A DNA stretch of 64,000 nucleotides from an uncultured Gemmatimonadales bacterium (GTDB taxonomy: Bacteria; Gemmatimonadota; Gemmatimonadetes; Longimicrobiales; RSA9), in the NCBI GenBank assembly GCA_963798845.1, contig CAWCUS010000005.1:160001-224000 (forward strand), given 5' to 3'. Shown here in pieces: positions 1 to 8,925 of the stretch. The position numbers and the translations under genes are program-made. How positions within the stretch are numbered: position 1 is the first letter of the stretch; each line of letters opens with the position of its first letter. The notes under the pieces were generated by a model. It was not told where the DNA came from and made no database searches. It worked only from the letters and a program-made list of their open reading frames with translations.

Positions 1-1040
1 GCCACGTTGATCGTCAGGGGCTGACCCTGGACGAACCAGTCCGCGTCGCTGGCCATGGTCACCGTCGGCAGCGTCGAGGCCAGAGGCTGACGCTGGCCGG
101 TCACGTCCACCACCGTGTCGCGTGACTCCGGCAGGTAGATCGCGTTCACCGTGCGGATGCCGCTCGGTGCGCCCGGATCCACCACGCACACGCTCACGTT
201 CTCCTCGGCGGGCTTCGGCGCCGGCTGCGGCGCAGGTGCCGGGGCAGGCGCAGGCGCCGGCGGGGCCGGGGCCACGGCCACGACCTCGGGCGCTTCGAGG
301 CCCATGAGGAACTGCGCGCCGATCTGGCCGTAGATCATGTGCTGGATCTTCGCCACGTTGTCCTCGAAACTCGGACCGGCCACGATCGGCGGACGCGAGA
401 CCCGGTCACCGAGCTCCAGGCGGACGCCGAAATGGTCCGCCAGCCGCAGGTCGGTGCCCAGCGCAGCCAGACCCATGAACTTCGGCTTCTCGAGGAGTGC
501 CACCGTGCGGGTGCCACCCGTGCCCGGCACGTCGACCAGCTCACCCGTCTTCGCGTCGGTGGACGTCGGGTTCACGACCTTGTCGCCGGCCGGGTTGTAC
601 CACATGGCACCCGCGCCGAGGGCGAGATACGGCCGTCCGATCGCGCTGTTCCCCGATGTGAGGCGGAACAGCAGATCGCCCGAGCCCGTCCAAAGGTTCA
701 CGTCCTCGATGAGGTCGTTCGAGTCCGTGGTCGGGTCCAGCTCATCCCAGCTCCCCTTCACCAGCGGCCGTTCGGTGTAGGTCCCGTTCGCACGAATCCC
801 CACGCGGTCCGTGGCCCACCACGTCAGCTGCGAGCCGACCAGCCAGCCGGACTCGAACTTCACGTTGTTGTTGTTGGTCTGGGCCGCATCCACGTCCAGG
901 GCGTCCGTGTACCACGCGTACCCGCCGTTGACCCCGAAGTCGAGCCGGTAATCCGGCCGCTCCTGGGCGTTCGCCGGCGTCGCGGAGAACAACCCCACCA
1001 TGGCTACTGCTCCGGCAGCCAACAGTGTCTGCTTCATCAT
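1..1040 (-). CDS. Outer-membrane beta-barrel protein (OmpA-like barrel + Pro/Ala linker + uncharacterised C-terminal domain); runs off window edge
   Basis: Manual translation, absent from the ORF track: MMKQTLLAAGAVAMVGLFSATPANAQERPDYRLDFGVNGGYAWY... has a signal peptide (ANA-Q), amphipathic beta strands (GWLVGSQLTWW, RPYLALGAGAMWY, IYGQIGAQFLMG) and a PAPPAPAPAPAPAPQPAPKP linker. GAGGAG RBS upstream. Confidence 0.8.
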   Translation of the reverse strand, partial: MMKQTLLAAGAVAMVGLFSATPANAQERPDYRLDFGVNGGYAWYTDALDVDAAQTNNNNVKFESGWLVGSQLTWWATDRVGIRANGTYTERPLVKGSWDELDPTTDSNDLIEDVNLWTGSGDLLFRLTSGNSAIGRPYLALGAGAMWYNPAGDKVVNPTSTDAKTGELVDVPGTGGTRTVALLEKPKFMGLAALGTDLRLADHFGVRLELGDRVSRPPIVAGPSFEDNVAKIQHMIYGQIGAQFLMGLEAPEVVAVAPAPPAPAPAPAPAPQPAPKPAEENVSVCVVDPGAPSGIRTVNAIYLPESRDTVVDVTGQRQPLASTLPTVTMASDADWFVQGQPLTINV

Positions 1041-1182
1041 CTGAGGTCTCCTCGATCGAAGGATTCCATCGGTTTCTTCTCTTCTCCTGCCCGGCGCCAT
1101 TCGTGACGGTCGGGTCGTGGACTCGTGCGGGATCGGAAGCACCGCGACCGCGGTGTTCGTCCCGCGTCCGGCGCAGGAAGTG

Positions 1183-1198
1183 TGCAATCCCGGTGCCA
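1183..1198 (-). promoter_or_regulatory. sigma-54 (-24/-12) promoter candidate
   Basis: Minus strand TGGCAC-CGGGA-TTGCA is an exact match to TGGCAC-N5-TTGCW, about 140 nt upstream of the beta-barrel gene. Confidence 0.7.
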
Positions 1199-1300
1199 CG
1201 ATACCGTCAGGCGCGGCAGGCACAAAGTGCCGGCTTCGCAGTGGATTGCGTTGTGCCGTCCGGGAAAAGTGCGTGCGCCGGTGGTGGCACACGCCCGGGA

Positions 1301-1966
1301 TCACTCGGGGTGGAGGGGTCCAGCAGTCTCGTGGTGTGCGGGCAGGCCCGCTCCTTCGCGGGCGGCGGCGAGGCCGGAGCCGTGGGCGGGAAGCACGTCA
1401 TCGGCGATCCGCGAGAGCGCGAGGTAATAGGTGACCTCGGCCACGGATTCCCGCACATCGAGCGCGTCGAGATACAGCTCCACGGCCTTGCGGTCTTCCA
1501 GCTCGTCGCCGAGGAAGTCGGCGAACTGGAGCGCGTTCTCCACGTGCGTGTGGATGAGCGCCACCTCGGTCCGGGCGGCGATCAGCTCGACGCGGTGCCG
1601 AAGGCCCTCGTTGACGCGCCCGCGCAGGCGCGCTCGGAGGTGGCCGAAAAGCGATCGTCCGTTCCCCTCCTCCGGCTCGGGTCCGGGGTCGGGGGGCTCC
1701 ACGATCTCGGCCCAGTCGTGACCGGATTCGGCCTTCTCGCCGAGGATGGCCAGGGCACGGCTGGACAGGTTGTGGGCTTCGTCCTCATCGAGCCGCAGGA
1801 GCCGGGAATAGATCTCGAGGGCATCGGTGAAGCTCACTTCCTCATTCACGAGCGCGATGAGGTCGAGGGCGTGCTCGACGTGGGTCGACAGGAGCTTCTC
1901 CTGCGCCACTGCGACGGCAAGCTCGACGCGCTTCCGCGCCCGTTCCGAAAGGCCCTTCGAGAACAC
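1301..1966 (-). CDS. Hypothetical helical protein with two internally duplicated domains
   Basis: C-terminal part of ORF 1301..2461. GTG start at 1966 after GGAG. Two copies of R.RVEL.....E..L..THVE.AL......E.Y. Confidence 0.7.
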   Translation of the reverse strand: MFSKGLSERARKRVELAVAVAQEKLLSTHVEHALDLIALVNEEVSFTDALEIYSRLLRLDEDEAHNLSSRALAILGEKAESGHDWAEIVEPPDPGPEPEEGNGRSLFGHLRARLRGRVNEGLRHRVELIAARTEVALIHTHVENALQFADFLGDELEDRKAVELYLDALDVRESVAEVTYYLALSRIADDVLPAHGSGLAAAREGAGLPAHHETAGPLHPE

Positions 1967-2125
1967 GGCGATACTCCGGTTCGTTGGCGAGGTGGGGCGA
2001 AGCCAGCCCCTTTGGACAGTCGCGAGCGGGCGCAAGTTCTGTTCCCTGCGGCGGGCCGACACCGCTCCCGCCGCCGCGCGCCAAGGCGGGTTCCGCTCGG
2101 GGTCCGCGGCAGCTATCTTGGCGCC

Positions 2126-2596
2126 ATGCTCGACGAGATCATCGCCAAGCTGGAATCGGAAGTCGCGCACCTGCAGCACGAGCTGCAGGTGGAGCTGCCA
2201 CAGCGGATCAAGACCGCCGTGGAGCATGGCGACCTGCGGGAGAACGCGGACTACAAGTCGGCGCTGGAGCGCCAGCAGTTCGTCCAGGCCCGCCTGGGTC
2301 AGCTCACCAATCGGCTGCGCGAGCTTTCGAACATCGACGTGACCGGGATCCCTCGGGACCGGGCGGGGTTCGGCAGCTGGCTGCGAGTGCGCGACGGCTC
2401 CGGCGACGAATACGAGTACACCATCGTCGCCGGCGACTTCATGGATCTGGACGCGGGGCACATCTCCATGGCCTCGCCCCTGGCGCGCGGCCTCATGGGA
2501 GCGAAGCAGGGCGAGACTGTGGTCGTCCAGCTGCCGGCCGGCGAACGGTCGTTCGAGATCATGGAGCTCAGGACGCTCCCTGAGACGCTCGACTAA
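2126..2596 (+). CDS. greA: Transcription elongation factor GreA
   Basis: MLDEIIAKLESE...AVEHGDLRENADYKSA...ISMASPLARGLMG, the GreA signature motifs. Confidence 0.93.
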   Translation: MLDEIIAKLESEVAHLQHELQVELPQRIKTAVEHGDLRENADYKSALERQQFVQARLGQLTNRLRELSNIDVTGIPRDRAGFGSWLRVRDGSGDEYEYTIVAGDFMDLDAGHISMASPLARGLMGAKQGETVVVQLPAGERSFEIMELRTLPETLD

Positions 2597-2832
2597 CCCA
2601 CCATCTCCCGGTCGTTCGATGGGTACTTCGCCGCACTGTCATCGCCCCACTTGATGAGGGTGTGACCGAGCGGGGCCGTGGCCACGAGCTCGCCTTCCCC
2701 CCCGTTCTCGTCCGTGGTGAAGATCTCCACCACCCCCACCTCGGCGTGCAGCCGGACGTACACGTCCTGGTAGTCGTCCTGCTCCGACTCCAGCACCACC
2801 ACGCGCACCGCGCGCCCCGATTCTCTCACCAC
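2593..2832 (-). CDS. Small acidic hypothetical protein (79 aa)
   Basis: GAGGGAGG RBS, typical codon usage, beta-rich sequence. Overlaps the greA stop convergently. Confidence 0.6.
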   Translation of the reverse strand: MVRESGRAVRVVVLESEQDDYQDVYVRLHAEVGVVEIFTTDENGGEGELVATAPLGHTLIKWGDDSAAKYPSNDREMVG

Positions 2833-2945
2833 TGCCTCCCTCGCACCAGCGTCAGCGTTCCGAACCCGTCTGGCCCTTCCGCAAGATGGCTCTTATGGTG
2901 CCGGGCCGCGAGGGCACCGGCGGGCGCTCGCCCGGGTCGCAGGCC

Positions 2946-2992
2946 GAAAAACTGGGAAGGCCGGGTTCCCGCTGCGGGGATCCCGGCCTTCC
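2946..2992 (-). terminator. Intrinsic terminator after tRNA-Cys
   Basis: GGAAGGCCGGGATCCC...GGGAACCCGGCCTTCC stem followed by CAGTTTTT. Confidence 0.7.
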
Positions 2993-2998
2993 TTCCAG

Positions 2999-3069
2999 AG
3001 GGCCCGGCCGGATTCGAACCGGCGTTCAAGGATTTGCAGTCCTCTGCCTAACCACTTGGCTACGGGCCC
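2999..3069 (-). tRNA. tRNA-Cys(GCA), CCA not encoded
   Basis: GGGCCCG acceptor stem, GAGGA-CTGCAAA-TCCTT anticodon arm, GGTTCGAATCC T-loop. Confidence 0.96.
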
Positions 3070-3105
3070 GAACAAACGGCCCCGGCACGAACCGGGGCCG
3101 TCGAG

Positions 3106-3178
3106 AGCGGGACACCGGACTCGAACCGGCGACCTTCTGCATGGCAAGCAGACGCTCTACCAACTGAGCTAGTCCCGC
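3106..3178 (-). tRNA. tRNA-Gly(GCC), CCA not encoded
   Basis: GCGGGAC acceptor, AGCTCAGTTGGTAGAGC D-arm, TCTGC-TTGCCAT-GCAGA anticodon arm, GGTTCGAGTCC. Confidence 0.96.
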
Positions 3179-3204
3179 GAAAATTCCTGACGTTTCCGAG
3201 CAGG

Positions 3205-3233
3205 AGTCTATGCCAAGGGGTGCCGCGCGTCAA
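3205..3233 (-). promoter_or_regulatory. sigma-70-type promoter of tRNA-Gly/Cys
   Basis: TTGACG-N17-TAGACT. Confidence 0.7.
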
Positions 3234-3249
3234 CCGTTCGGGCGGCCTT

Positions 3250-4911
3250 TCAGCCCGCTTGCAGCAGCTCCCTGGCGTGGTCGAGGCTCGTGACGCTTTC
3301 CGGGTCTCCGCCGAGCATGCGGGCCAGCTCCCGGACCCTGGAATCGCCCTGCAGCTCATCCAGCATCGTGCGAGTGGTCCCGCCCGCTTCCGCTTTGCGC
3401 ACGAGAAGGTGGTGGTCGGCGCGGGACGCGATCTGGGCAAGGTGGGTGATGGCGAAAACCTGGTGCTCCCGAGCCACCTCTGCGAGCTGGGCCCCCACCT
3501 GGGCCGCCACCTTCCCGCCGATGCCCACGTCGATCTCGTCGAACACGAGCGTGGCAACGGCGTCCACCCGGGCGAGGATCGTCTTGAGCGCAAGCATGAT
3601 CCGCGAGAGCTCGCCGCCCGACGCGACCCGAGCCAGCGGTTGCGGCTCGAAGCCGACGTTGACCGTGACCAGGAACTCGACGCGCTCCGCCCCGTGGCGG
3701 CCCGGCTCGGGGAGCGTGATCAGCCGCACCTCGAAGCGCGCCCCTTCGAGGCCCAGCCCGGGAAGCTCAGCCTCCACTTCCGCCGCCAGACGGGCGCCGG
3801 CGCGGCGCCGCGCCCGGGTCAGCCCGGTGGTCAGCTCACGGAAGCGCTCGTCGGCTTCGGCCACGCGACGCTCGAGCGCCGCCTGCTCGAACGACGCGCC
3901 CTCGAGCAGGTCCAGCTCATCGCGGGCCGCCCGCCCCGCGTCCACCACGTCCTCGAGCGTGGGGCCGTATCTCGCTTTCAAGCGGTAGAGCAGATCCTGC
4001 CTGCGTTGGATGGCGTCGAGCCGGGACGGGTCGTGCTCCACGGTACTGGCGTAGTCGCCCATCCTCCGCCCGAGCTCCTCCACGTTGTAGTACGCCGTTT
4101 CGAGGAGCTCGCGCGCCGCCTCCTGGCCGCCGTCGATCCGGATCAGCTGGTCGAGCGTGCGCCGGAGGCCTCCGAGCACGTCCGCCACAGAGCGCTCGCC
4201 TTCGTAGAGCGCGTCCCGCAACAACTCCGAAAGATGGGCCAGCTCCTCCGCGTTCTCGAGCCGACGGCTCTCTTCGTCCAGCCGCACCTCGTCGCCCGGA
4301 TCCACGCCGGCGCTCTCGATCTCGTCAGCCTGGACGCGGAGGAAGTCGGCGCGCTGCTCCACTTCCCGGCGGCGCGCCTCCAGCGAGGCCAGCGCCTCAC
4401 GGGCGTCCTGCAGCTCCTCGTATGCGGCGCCTACCTGCTCCGCCCGTCCCTCTTCGCCGGCGAACGCGTCCAGGATGTCCCGCTGCGGCTCGGTGCTCAG
4501 CAGTGCCTGGTGCTCGTGCTGGCCGTGGAGGTCGACCAGTCGACCTCCCAGACTGCCGACCAGGGAAGCCGTGCTGGCCGCGCCATTCACCCACGCCCGG
4601 TTCCGCCCCTCCGCGGCCACCTCGCGCCGGAGGATGAGCAGCCCGTCCTCCGCCTCGAGCCCCTGCCTCTCGAGGAGCGCCGCGATGTCCTTGCGTCCGG
4701 CCACGTCGAACACCCCTTCCACGACCGCGCGCTCGGCACCGGCGCGCACCGTCTCCACCGAAGCGCGCTCGCCCAGCAGGAGCGAGAGCGCGCCGACGAT
4801 GATGGACTTCCCCGCCCCGGTCTCACCCGTGAGGACGGTCAGGCCCGGCTTCAAGGGGACGGAGAGGCGTTCGATGACCGCGAAATTCTCGATCCGGAGC
4901 TCGATGAGCAT
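3250..4911 (-). CDS. recN: DNA repair protein RecN
   Basis: TGETGAGKS Walker A, LVDLHGQHEHQ, VASGGELSR, FDEIDVGIGG, ITHLAQIAS. Confidence 0.97.
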   Translation of the reverse strand: MLIELRIENFAVIERLSVPLKPGLTVLTGETGAGKSIIVGALSLLLGERASVETVRAGAERAVVEGVFDVAGRKDIAALLERQGLEAEDGLLILRREVAAEGRNRAWVNGAASTASLVGSLGGRLVDLHGQHEHQALLSTEPQRDILDAFAGEEGRAEQVGAAYEELQDAREALASLEARRREVEQRADFLRVQADEIESAGVDPGDEVRLDEESRRLENAEELAHLSELLRDALYEGERSVADVLGGLRRTLDQLIRIDGGQEAARELLETAYYNVEELGRRMGDYASTVEHDPSRLDAIQRRQDLLYRLKARYGPTLEDVVDAGRAARDELDLLEGASFEQAALERRVAEADERFRELTTGLTRARRRAGARLAAEVEAELPGLGLEGARFEVRLITLPEPGRHGAERVEFLVTVNVGFEPQPLARVASGGELSRIMLALKTILARVDAVATLVFDEIDVGIGGKVAAQVGAQLAEVAREHQVFAITHLAQIASRADHHLLVRKAEAGGTTRTMLDELQGDSRVRELARMLGGDPESVTSLDHARELLQAG

Positions 4912-4916
4912 GGGCG

Positions 4917-4946
4917 ATGATAGGCGGCCGGGCCGGGGCAGATCAA
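4917..4946 (-). promoter_or_regulatory. sigma-70-type promoter, probable leaderless recN transcript
   Basis: TTGATC-N18-TATCAT, 5 nt before the ATG, no SD. Confidence 0.55.
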
Positions 4947-4962
4947 TGGCTCGGCCGGACGG

Positions 4963-5883
4963 TCATCCCTCTTCGTCGTCCCACGGTTCGTCCGACGCTC
5001 CGTTCCCACGGCCGGCTCCGGCGCCCCAGTGGAGCTTGCGCCGGAGCGTGGAGAAGAAGCTCTGCCCTGCGAACCGCACGAGGGGAACCGTGGCCCTGCC
5101 CCGCTGGACGACCAGCCGATCGCCGTTCACCAGCGCTTCGCCCGCCTGGCCGTCGATGGTCAGCACCACCTCGGCGTTCGGGTCCCGGATCTCCACCTCC
5201 ACGCGCGTGTCCGCCGGGAGCACGAGCGGGCGCACCGCGAGCGTGTGCGGCGAGATGGGTGTGGCGAGCAGGCACTCCATGGACGGTGCGACAATGGCTC
5301 CCCCGGCCGACAGTGAGTAGGCGGTCGATCCCGTCGGCGTGGCGACGATGATCCCGTCGGCCGCGTATTCGCCGACCTCCTCCCGCTCCTCTCCCACGTA
5401 CACGCCGAGCTGGATCACACGTGCGAAGCCACCCTTGTGCAGCACGGCGTCATTGAGCGCCATGTACTCCGTGCCCGCGCTCCCGTCCCTTCCAATGACC
5501 CTGGCCTGGAGGGTGAACCGGACGTCCAGCCAGTAGTCGCCGCGCGCCAGGTCGTCCAGCGCCTGCTCCACTTCCTCCGCCCGGATGGAGGTGAGGAAAC
5601 CGAGATGACCCATGTTGATGCCCAGGACCGGTGTGTGGTGCACCGCCACCAGCCGGGCGCCCCGGAGCAGCGTTCCGTCACCGCCGAGGCTCACGAGGAG
5701 GTCCATGCGCCCGGGCACGAAGTCACCCGCGGACGAGAACAGGTCGCGGAGCTCGGGCTCGGGGCACAGCTCGAGCCCCAGTGCCGTCCCGTGTTCGTCC
5801 AGCGCGTGCGCCACGCGCTCCAGCCCGGGATCCCGCGTCTGCCCGACGATGCCGATCCGATGGAAGCCCCGAGAGGACCCCAT
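4963..5883 (-). CDS. nadK: NAD kinase
   Basis: SLGGDGTLL, GINMGHLGFLT, ALND, ATPTGSTAYSLSAGG. TGATG overlap with dxs. Confidence 0.95.
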   Translation of the reverse strand: MGSSRGFHRIGIVGQTRDPGLERVAHALDEHGTALGLELCPEPELRDLFSSAGDFVPGRMDLLVSLGGDGTLLRGARLVAVHHTPVLGINMGHLGFLTSIRAEEVEQALDDLARGDYWLDVRFTLQARVIGRDGSAGTEYMALNDAVLHKGGFARVIQLGVYVGEEREEVGEYAADGIIVATPTGSTAYSLSAGGAIVAPSMECLLATPISPHTLAVRPLVLPADTRVEVEIRDPNAEVVLTIDGQAGEALVNGDRLVVQRGRATVPLVRFAGQSFFSTLRRKLHWGAGAGRGNGASDEPWDDEEG

Positions 5884-7784
5884 CACGCCGACTCGCGCAC
5901 GCCGGCCAGGCCCATGCGGACCATGTCCCTGGCCGCTTCCGCGATGCCGTTCGGCGTGAGGCCGACCTCCTCGAGCTGCTGGGACCGCGCGGCGTGGTCG
6001 ATGAGCCGGTCCGGGACGCCCATCACCCGGACGCGCGGGCGGGGTGCATCTCGGGACGCCACCCTGGCCGCGACAGCGGCCCCGAAGCCGTTCACCAGCG
6101 CACCCTCCTCCACCGTGACGACCGCCCGGTGGGAGCGGATCGCCCATTCCAGCGTGTCCTCGTCCATCGGCTTCAGGAACCGGCAGTTGACCACGGACGC
6201 GGCGATTCCCTGCTCCGCGAGCGACTCCGCGGCCGCGGCGGCCGGAAGTACCATCGTCCCGGTTGCCAGCAGGGCGACGTCCGTTCCGCGACGCAGGATC
6301 TCCCACGTCCCGAACGGCACGTCCGGGATGTCAGACAGCGCCGGGACGTCGGCGGGTACGGAGTCGCGCGGATAGCGGAGCGCGAATGGGCCGTCGGTCC
6401 AGGAGACGGCCAGGCGCAGGAGCGCCAGCAGCTCGGCGCCATCTTTGGGTGCCGTGACCACCGTGTTGGGCACGGTCAGCAGGTACGCGATGTCGTACAG
6501 CCCCATGTGCGTGGGGCCGTCGTTCCCCACGAGCCCTGCCCGGTCCATGGCCAGCACGATGGGGAGCTTCTGGATCGCGGCATCGTGAACGATGGAATCG
6601 TACGCCCGCTGCAGGAAGGTCGAGTAGATCGCAGCCACCGGCTTGAGCCCTTCGGCGGCGAGCCCTGCGGCGAAGGTGACCCCGTGCCCTTCTGCGATCC
6701 CCACGTCGAAGAAGCGATCCGGATACGCATCGGCGAAGGCGGTGGTGCCGGTGCCGTCCGGCATGGCGGCCGTGATGACGACCAGCTCCGGGACCGTGGC
6801 CCCGAGCTCCACCAGCCCGCGCCCGAATACCTTCGTATAGGCGGGGAGCCCCGCCTTCTTCGTCATCTCGCCGCTGATCTTGTCGAACGGCTTCGCTCCG
6901 TGCCACACCACCGGGTCGCGCTCAGCCCGCTCGAATCCCTTCCCCTTCTGCGTCAGGACGTGCACGACGCGCGGCCCCTGCATGTTCCGGACGTTGCGGA
7001 ACGTGTCGACGAGCTCACCGAGGTCGTGGCCGTTCACGGGTCCCACGTACCGGAAGCCCATCTCCTCGAACAGCATCCCGGCCACGAACATGTTCTTCAG
7101 GCTGTCGTCGAGTCGCACGGCCGCCTGCTCCATCCGCTCGGGGAGGAGGTGGATGAACGCCTTCAGGTCCTCCCGCATTCGATTGTACAGCGGGTTGCTG
7201 CGGATCTTGGTCAGGTACTTGTTCATCGCGCCCACGTTCGGCGCGATGGACATGGCATTGTCGTTCAGGACCACGATGAGGTCGCGATCCGTGTGCCCGG
7301 CGTTGTTGAGCGCCTCGTACGCCATTCCGCTCGTGAGCGCCCCGTCACCGATGACCGCCACCACCTTGTGGTGCTCGCCCTTGAGGTCCCGGGCCGTGGC
7401 CATGCCGAACGCCGCCGAAATGGATGTGGCCGCGTGGCCCGCGCCGAACGTGTCGTAGGGAGACTCGCCCCGCTTCAGGAACCCGGACAGGCCGCCCCTC
7501 TGGCGGATGGTCGAGAAACGCTCGTTCCGCCCCGTCAGGATCTTGTGCGGGTATCCCTGATGGCCGACATCCCAGACCAGCCGGTCGGTCGGGGTGTCGA
7601 ACACGTAGTGCAGGGCGATGGTCAGCTCGACGACGCCGAGCCCGGGCGCGAAGTGGCCACCCAGGCGACTGATGACGTCCACGAGCCGCTGGCGCACTTC
7701 CGCGGCCAGCGGCACGAGGTCTGACGGTTGGAGCCGGCGGATGTCCTCCGGCGTCCGGATCTGCTCCAGCAGCGACACACCCAC
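5883..7784 (-). CDS. dxs: 1-deoxy-D-xylulose-5-phosphate synthase
   Basis: WDVGHQGYPHKILTGR, GDGALTSGMAYEALNNAG, DVGIAEGH, YSTFLQRAYD, DRAGLVGNDGPTH. Confidence 0.98.
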   Translation of the reverse strand: MGVSLLEQIRTPEDIRRLQPSDLVPLAAEVRQRLVDVISRLGGHFAPGLGVVELTIALHYVFDTPTDRLVWDVGHQGYPHKILTGRNERFSTIRQRGGLSGFLKRGESPYDTFGAGHAATSISAAFGMATARDLKGEHHKVVAVIGDGALTSGMAYEALNNAGHTDRDLIVVLNDNAMSIAPNVGAMNKYLTKIRSNPLYNRMREDLKAFIHLLPERMEQAAVRLDDSLKNMFVAGMLFEEMGFRYVGPVNGHDLGELVDTFRNVRNMQGPRVVHVLTQKGKGFERAERDPVVWHGAKPFDKISGEMTKKAGLPAYTKVFGRGLVELGATVPELVVITAAMPDGTGTTAFADAYPDRFFDVGIAEGHGVTFAAGLAAEGLKPVAAIYSTFLQRAYDSIVHDAAIQKLPIVLAMDRAGLVGNDGPTHMGLYDIAYLLTVPNTVVTAPKDGAELLALLRLAVSWTDGPFALRYPRDSVPADVPALSDIPDVPFGTWEILRRGTDVALLATGTMVLPAAAAAESLAEQGIAASVVNCRFLKPMDEDTLEWAIRSHRAVVTVEEGALVNGFGAAVAARVASRDAPRPRVRVMGVPDRLIDHAARSQQLEEVGLTPNGIAEAARDMVRMGLAGVRESA

Positions 7785-7792
7785 CTCCCCGC

Positions 7793-8689
7793 TCAGCGAT
7801 CCCGTTCCACGGCGTAGCGCGCCAGCGCGGCCAGCTCGTCGGATCGGAGCCCAACCGCCTCCAGCGCCGCCGCCGCGGCAGCCGACTGCTCCGCCGCCAT
7901 CGACCGCGCCCGGTCGAGCCCCACGAGCGCCGGGAAGGTGGCTTTGTCCAGCGCCGAGTCCCGGCCGGCCGTCTTGCCCAGCGTCGCAGTGTCCCCGGTC
8001 ACGTCCAGAATATCATCCGCGATCTGGAACGCCAGCCCGACGGCCTGCCCATACACGGCCAGCGCATCCAGCACCACCGGTGCGGCGCCTGCCGTGCGAC
8101 CGCCGATGGTCGGGGCGGCCGAGAGCAGCGCGCCCGTCTTCAGGCGATGGATCGTCGTCAGGGCTTCCACGTCCACGGGGCGCCCTTCCGCTGCCAGGTC
8201 CAGAAGCTGACCGCCGATCATTCCGCCGCCCCCAGCCGCCTCACACAGCAGTCGCACGACATCGGAGCGGCCAGCATCATCGAGGCCGAGCTGCCCGGTG
8301 GCGCGCTCCGCCACGTTCACCGCGAGCGGGATGAGCGCCGCGCCCGCCAGCGTCGCGGCGGGAACGCCGTGCAGGACGTGCGTGGCAGCCCGGCCTCGCC
8401 GGACCGGGTCGTCGTCCATGGCGGGCAGGTCGTCGTGAACGAGCGAGTAGGTGTGGACCAGCTCCAGCGCGGCCGCCAGCGTGTAGACAGCCGGGGGGAC
8501 CTCCGGGCACACGGCGCGATAGGCCGCCACACACAGGATCGGCCGGAGCCGCTTTCCTTCCGACGACACGGCGTAGCGGATCGCTTCTCCCACCGCCCCG
8601 GACGCTGCCGCCACCATCGGGATGGCGGCAATCGCCTCGTCGACCCGGTCGCGCTCTGCCGCGAGAAACGAGTCGAGCGAGAACCTCAC
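7793..8689 (-). CDS. ispA: Polyprenyl (farnesyl/geranylgeranyl) diphosphate synthase
   Basis: GKRLRP, HTYSLVHDDLPAMDDD, FQIADDILD. xseB-ispA-dxs synteny. Confidence 0.92.
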   Translation of the reverse strand: MRFSLDSFLAAERDRVDEAIAAIPMVAAASGAVGEAIRYAVSSEGKRLRPILCVAAYRAVCPEVPPAVYTLAAALELVHTYSLVHDDLPAMDDDPVRRGRAATHVLHGVPAATLAGAALIPLAVNVAERATGQLGLDDAGRSDVVRLLCEAAGGGGMIGGQLLDLAAEGRPVDVEALTTIHRLKTGALLSAAPTIGGRTAGAAPVVLDALAVYGQAVGLAFQIADDILDVTGDTATLGKTAGRDSALDKATFPALVGLDRARSMAAEQSAAAAAALEAVGLRSDELAALARYAVERDR

Positions 8690-8925
8690 TCCTCGGCCGG
8701 CTCCGCTTCCACCGCCACAGTCCCGTCCATGTCCACGACCAGGGTCTCCACCCGGAGCCGCGTGCGCTCCATGACGGCGTACGCCTCGCGCACGTGGGTC
8801 ACCCCTTCCTCGAAGAGGTCAAGCGCCTCCTGGAGCTCGAGATCGTCCTGCTCCAGCCGATCGACGATGACCTCCAGCCTCCGAAGCCGGGACTCGACGC
8901 CTTCCGCTCGCTCTTCCTCACTCAT
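8686..8925 (-). CDS. xseB: Exodeoxyribonuclease VII small subunit
   Basis: LEVIVDRLEQDDLELQEALDLFEEG. Follows xseA. Confidence 0.92.
   Translation of the reverse strand: MSEEERAEGVESRLRRLEVIVDRLEQDDLELQEALDLFEEGVTHVREAYAVMERTRLRVETLVVDMDGTVAVEAEPAEE

Noticed and set aside
215..285. Short GC-rich tandem repeats (also CTG runs at 45770-45830)
   Set aside because: They encode Pro/Ala and Gln/Gly linkers. They are not CRISPR or contingency repeats.
1025..2125. N-terminal extensions in the ORF track (greA, pheT, mutL, bshA, pyrB, coaX, scpA and others)
   Set aside because: They overlap neighbouring genes. Homology and RBS or overlap patterns support the shorter starts reported.
3077..3100. Hairpin between tRNA-Gly and tRNA-Cys (similar hairpin at 51301-51330) as a REP family
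   Set aside because: The hairpins share no sequence and are ordinary spacer or terminator-like stems.
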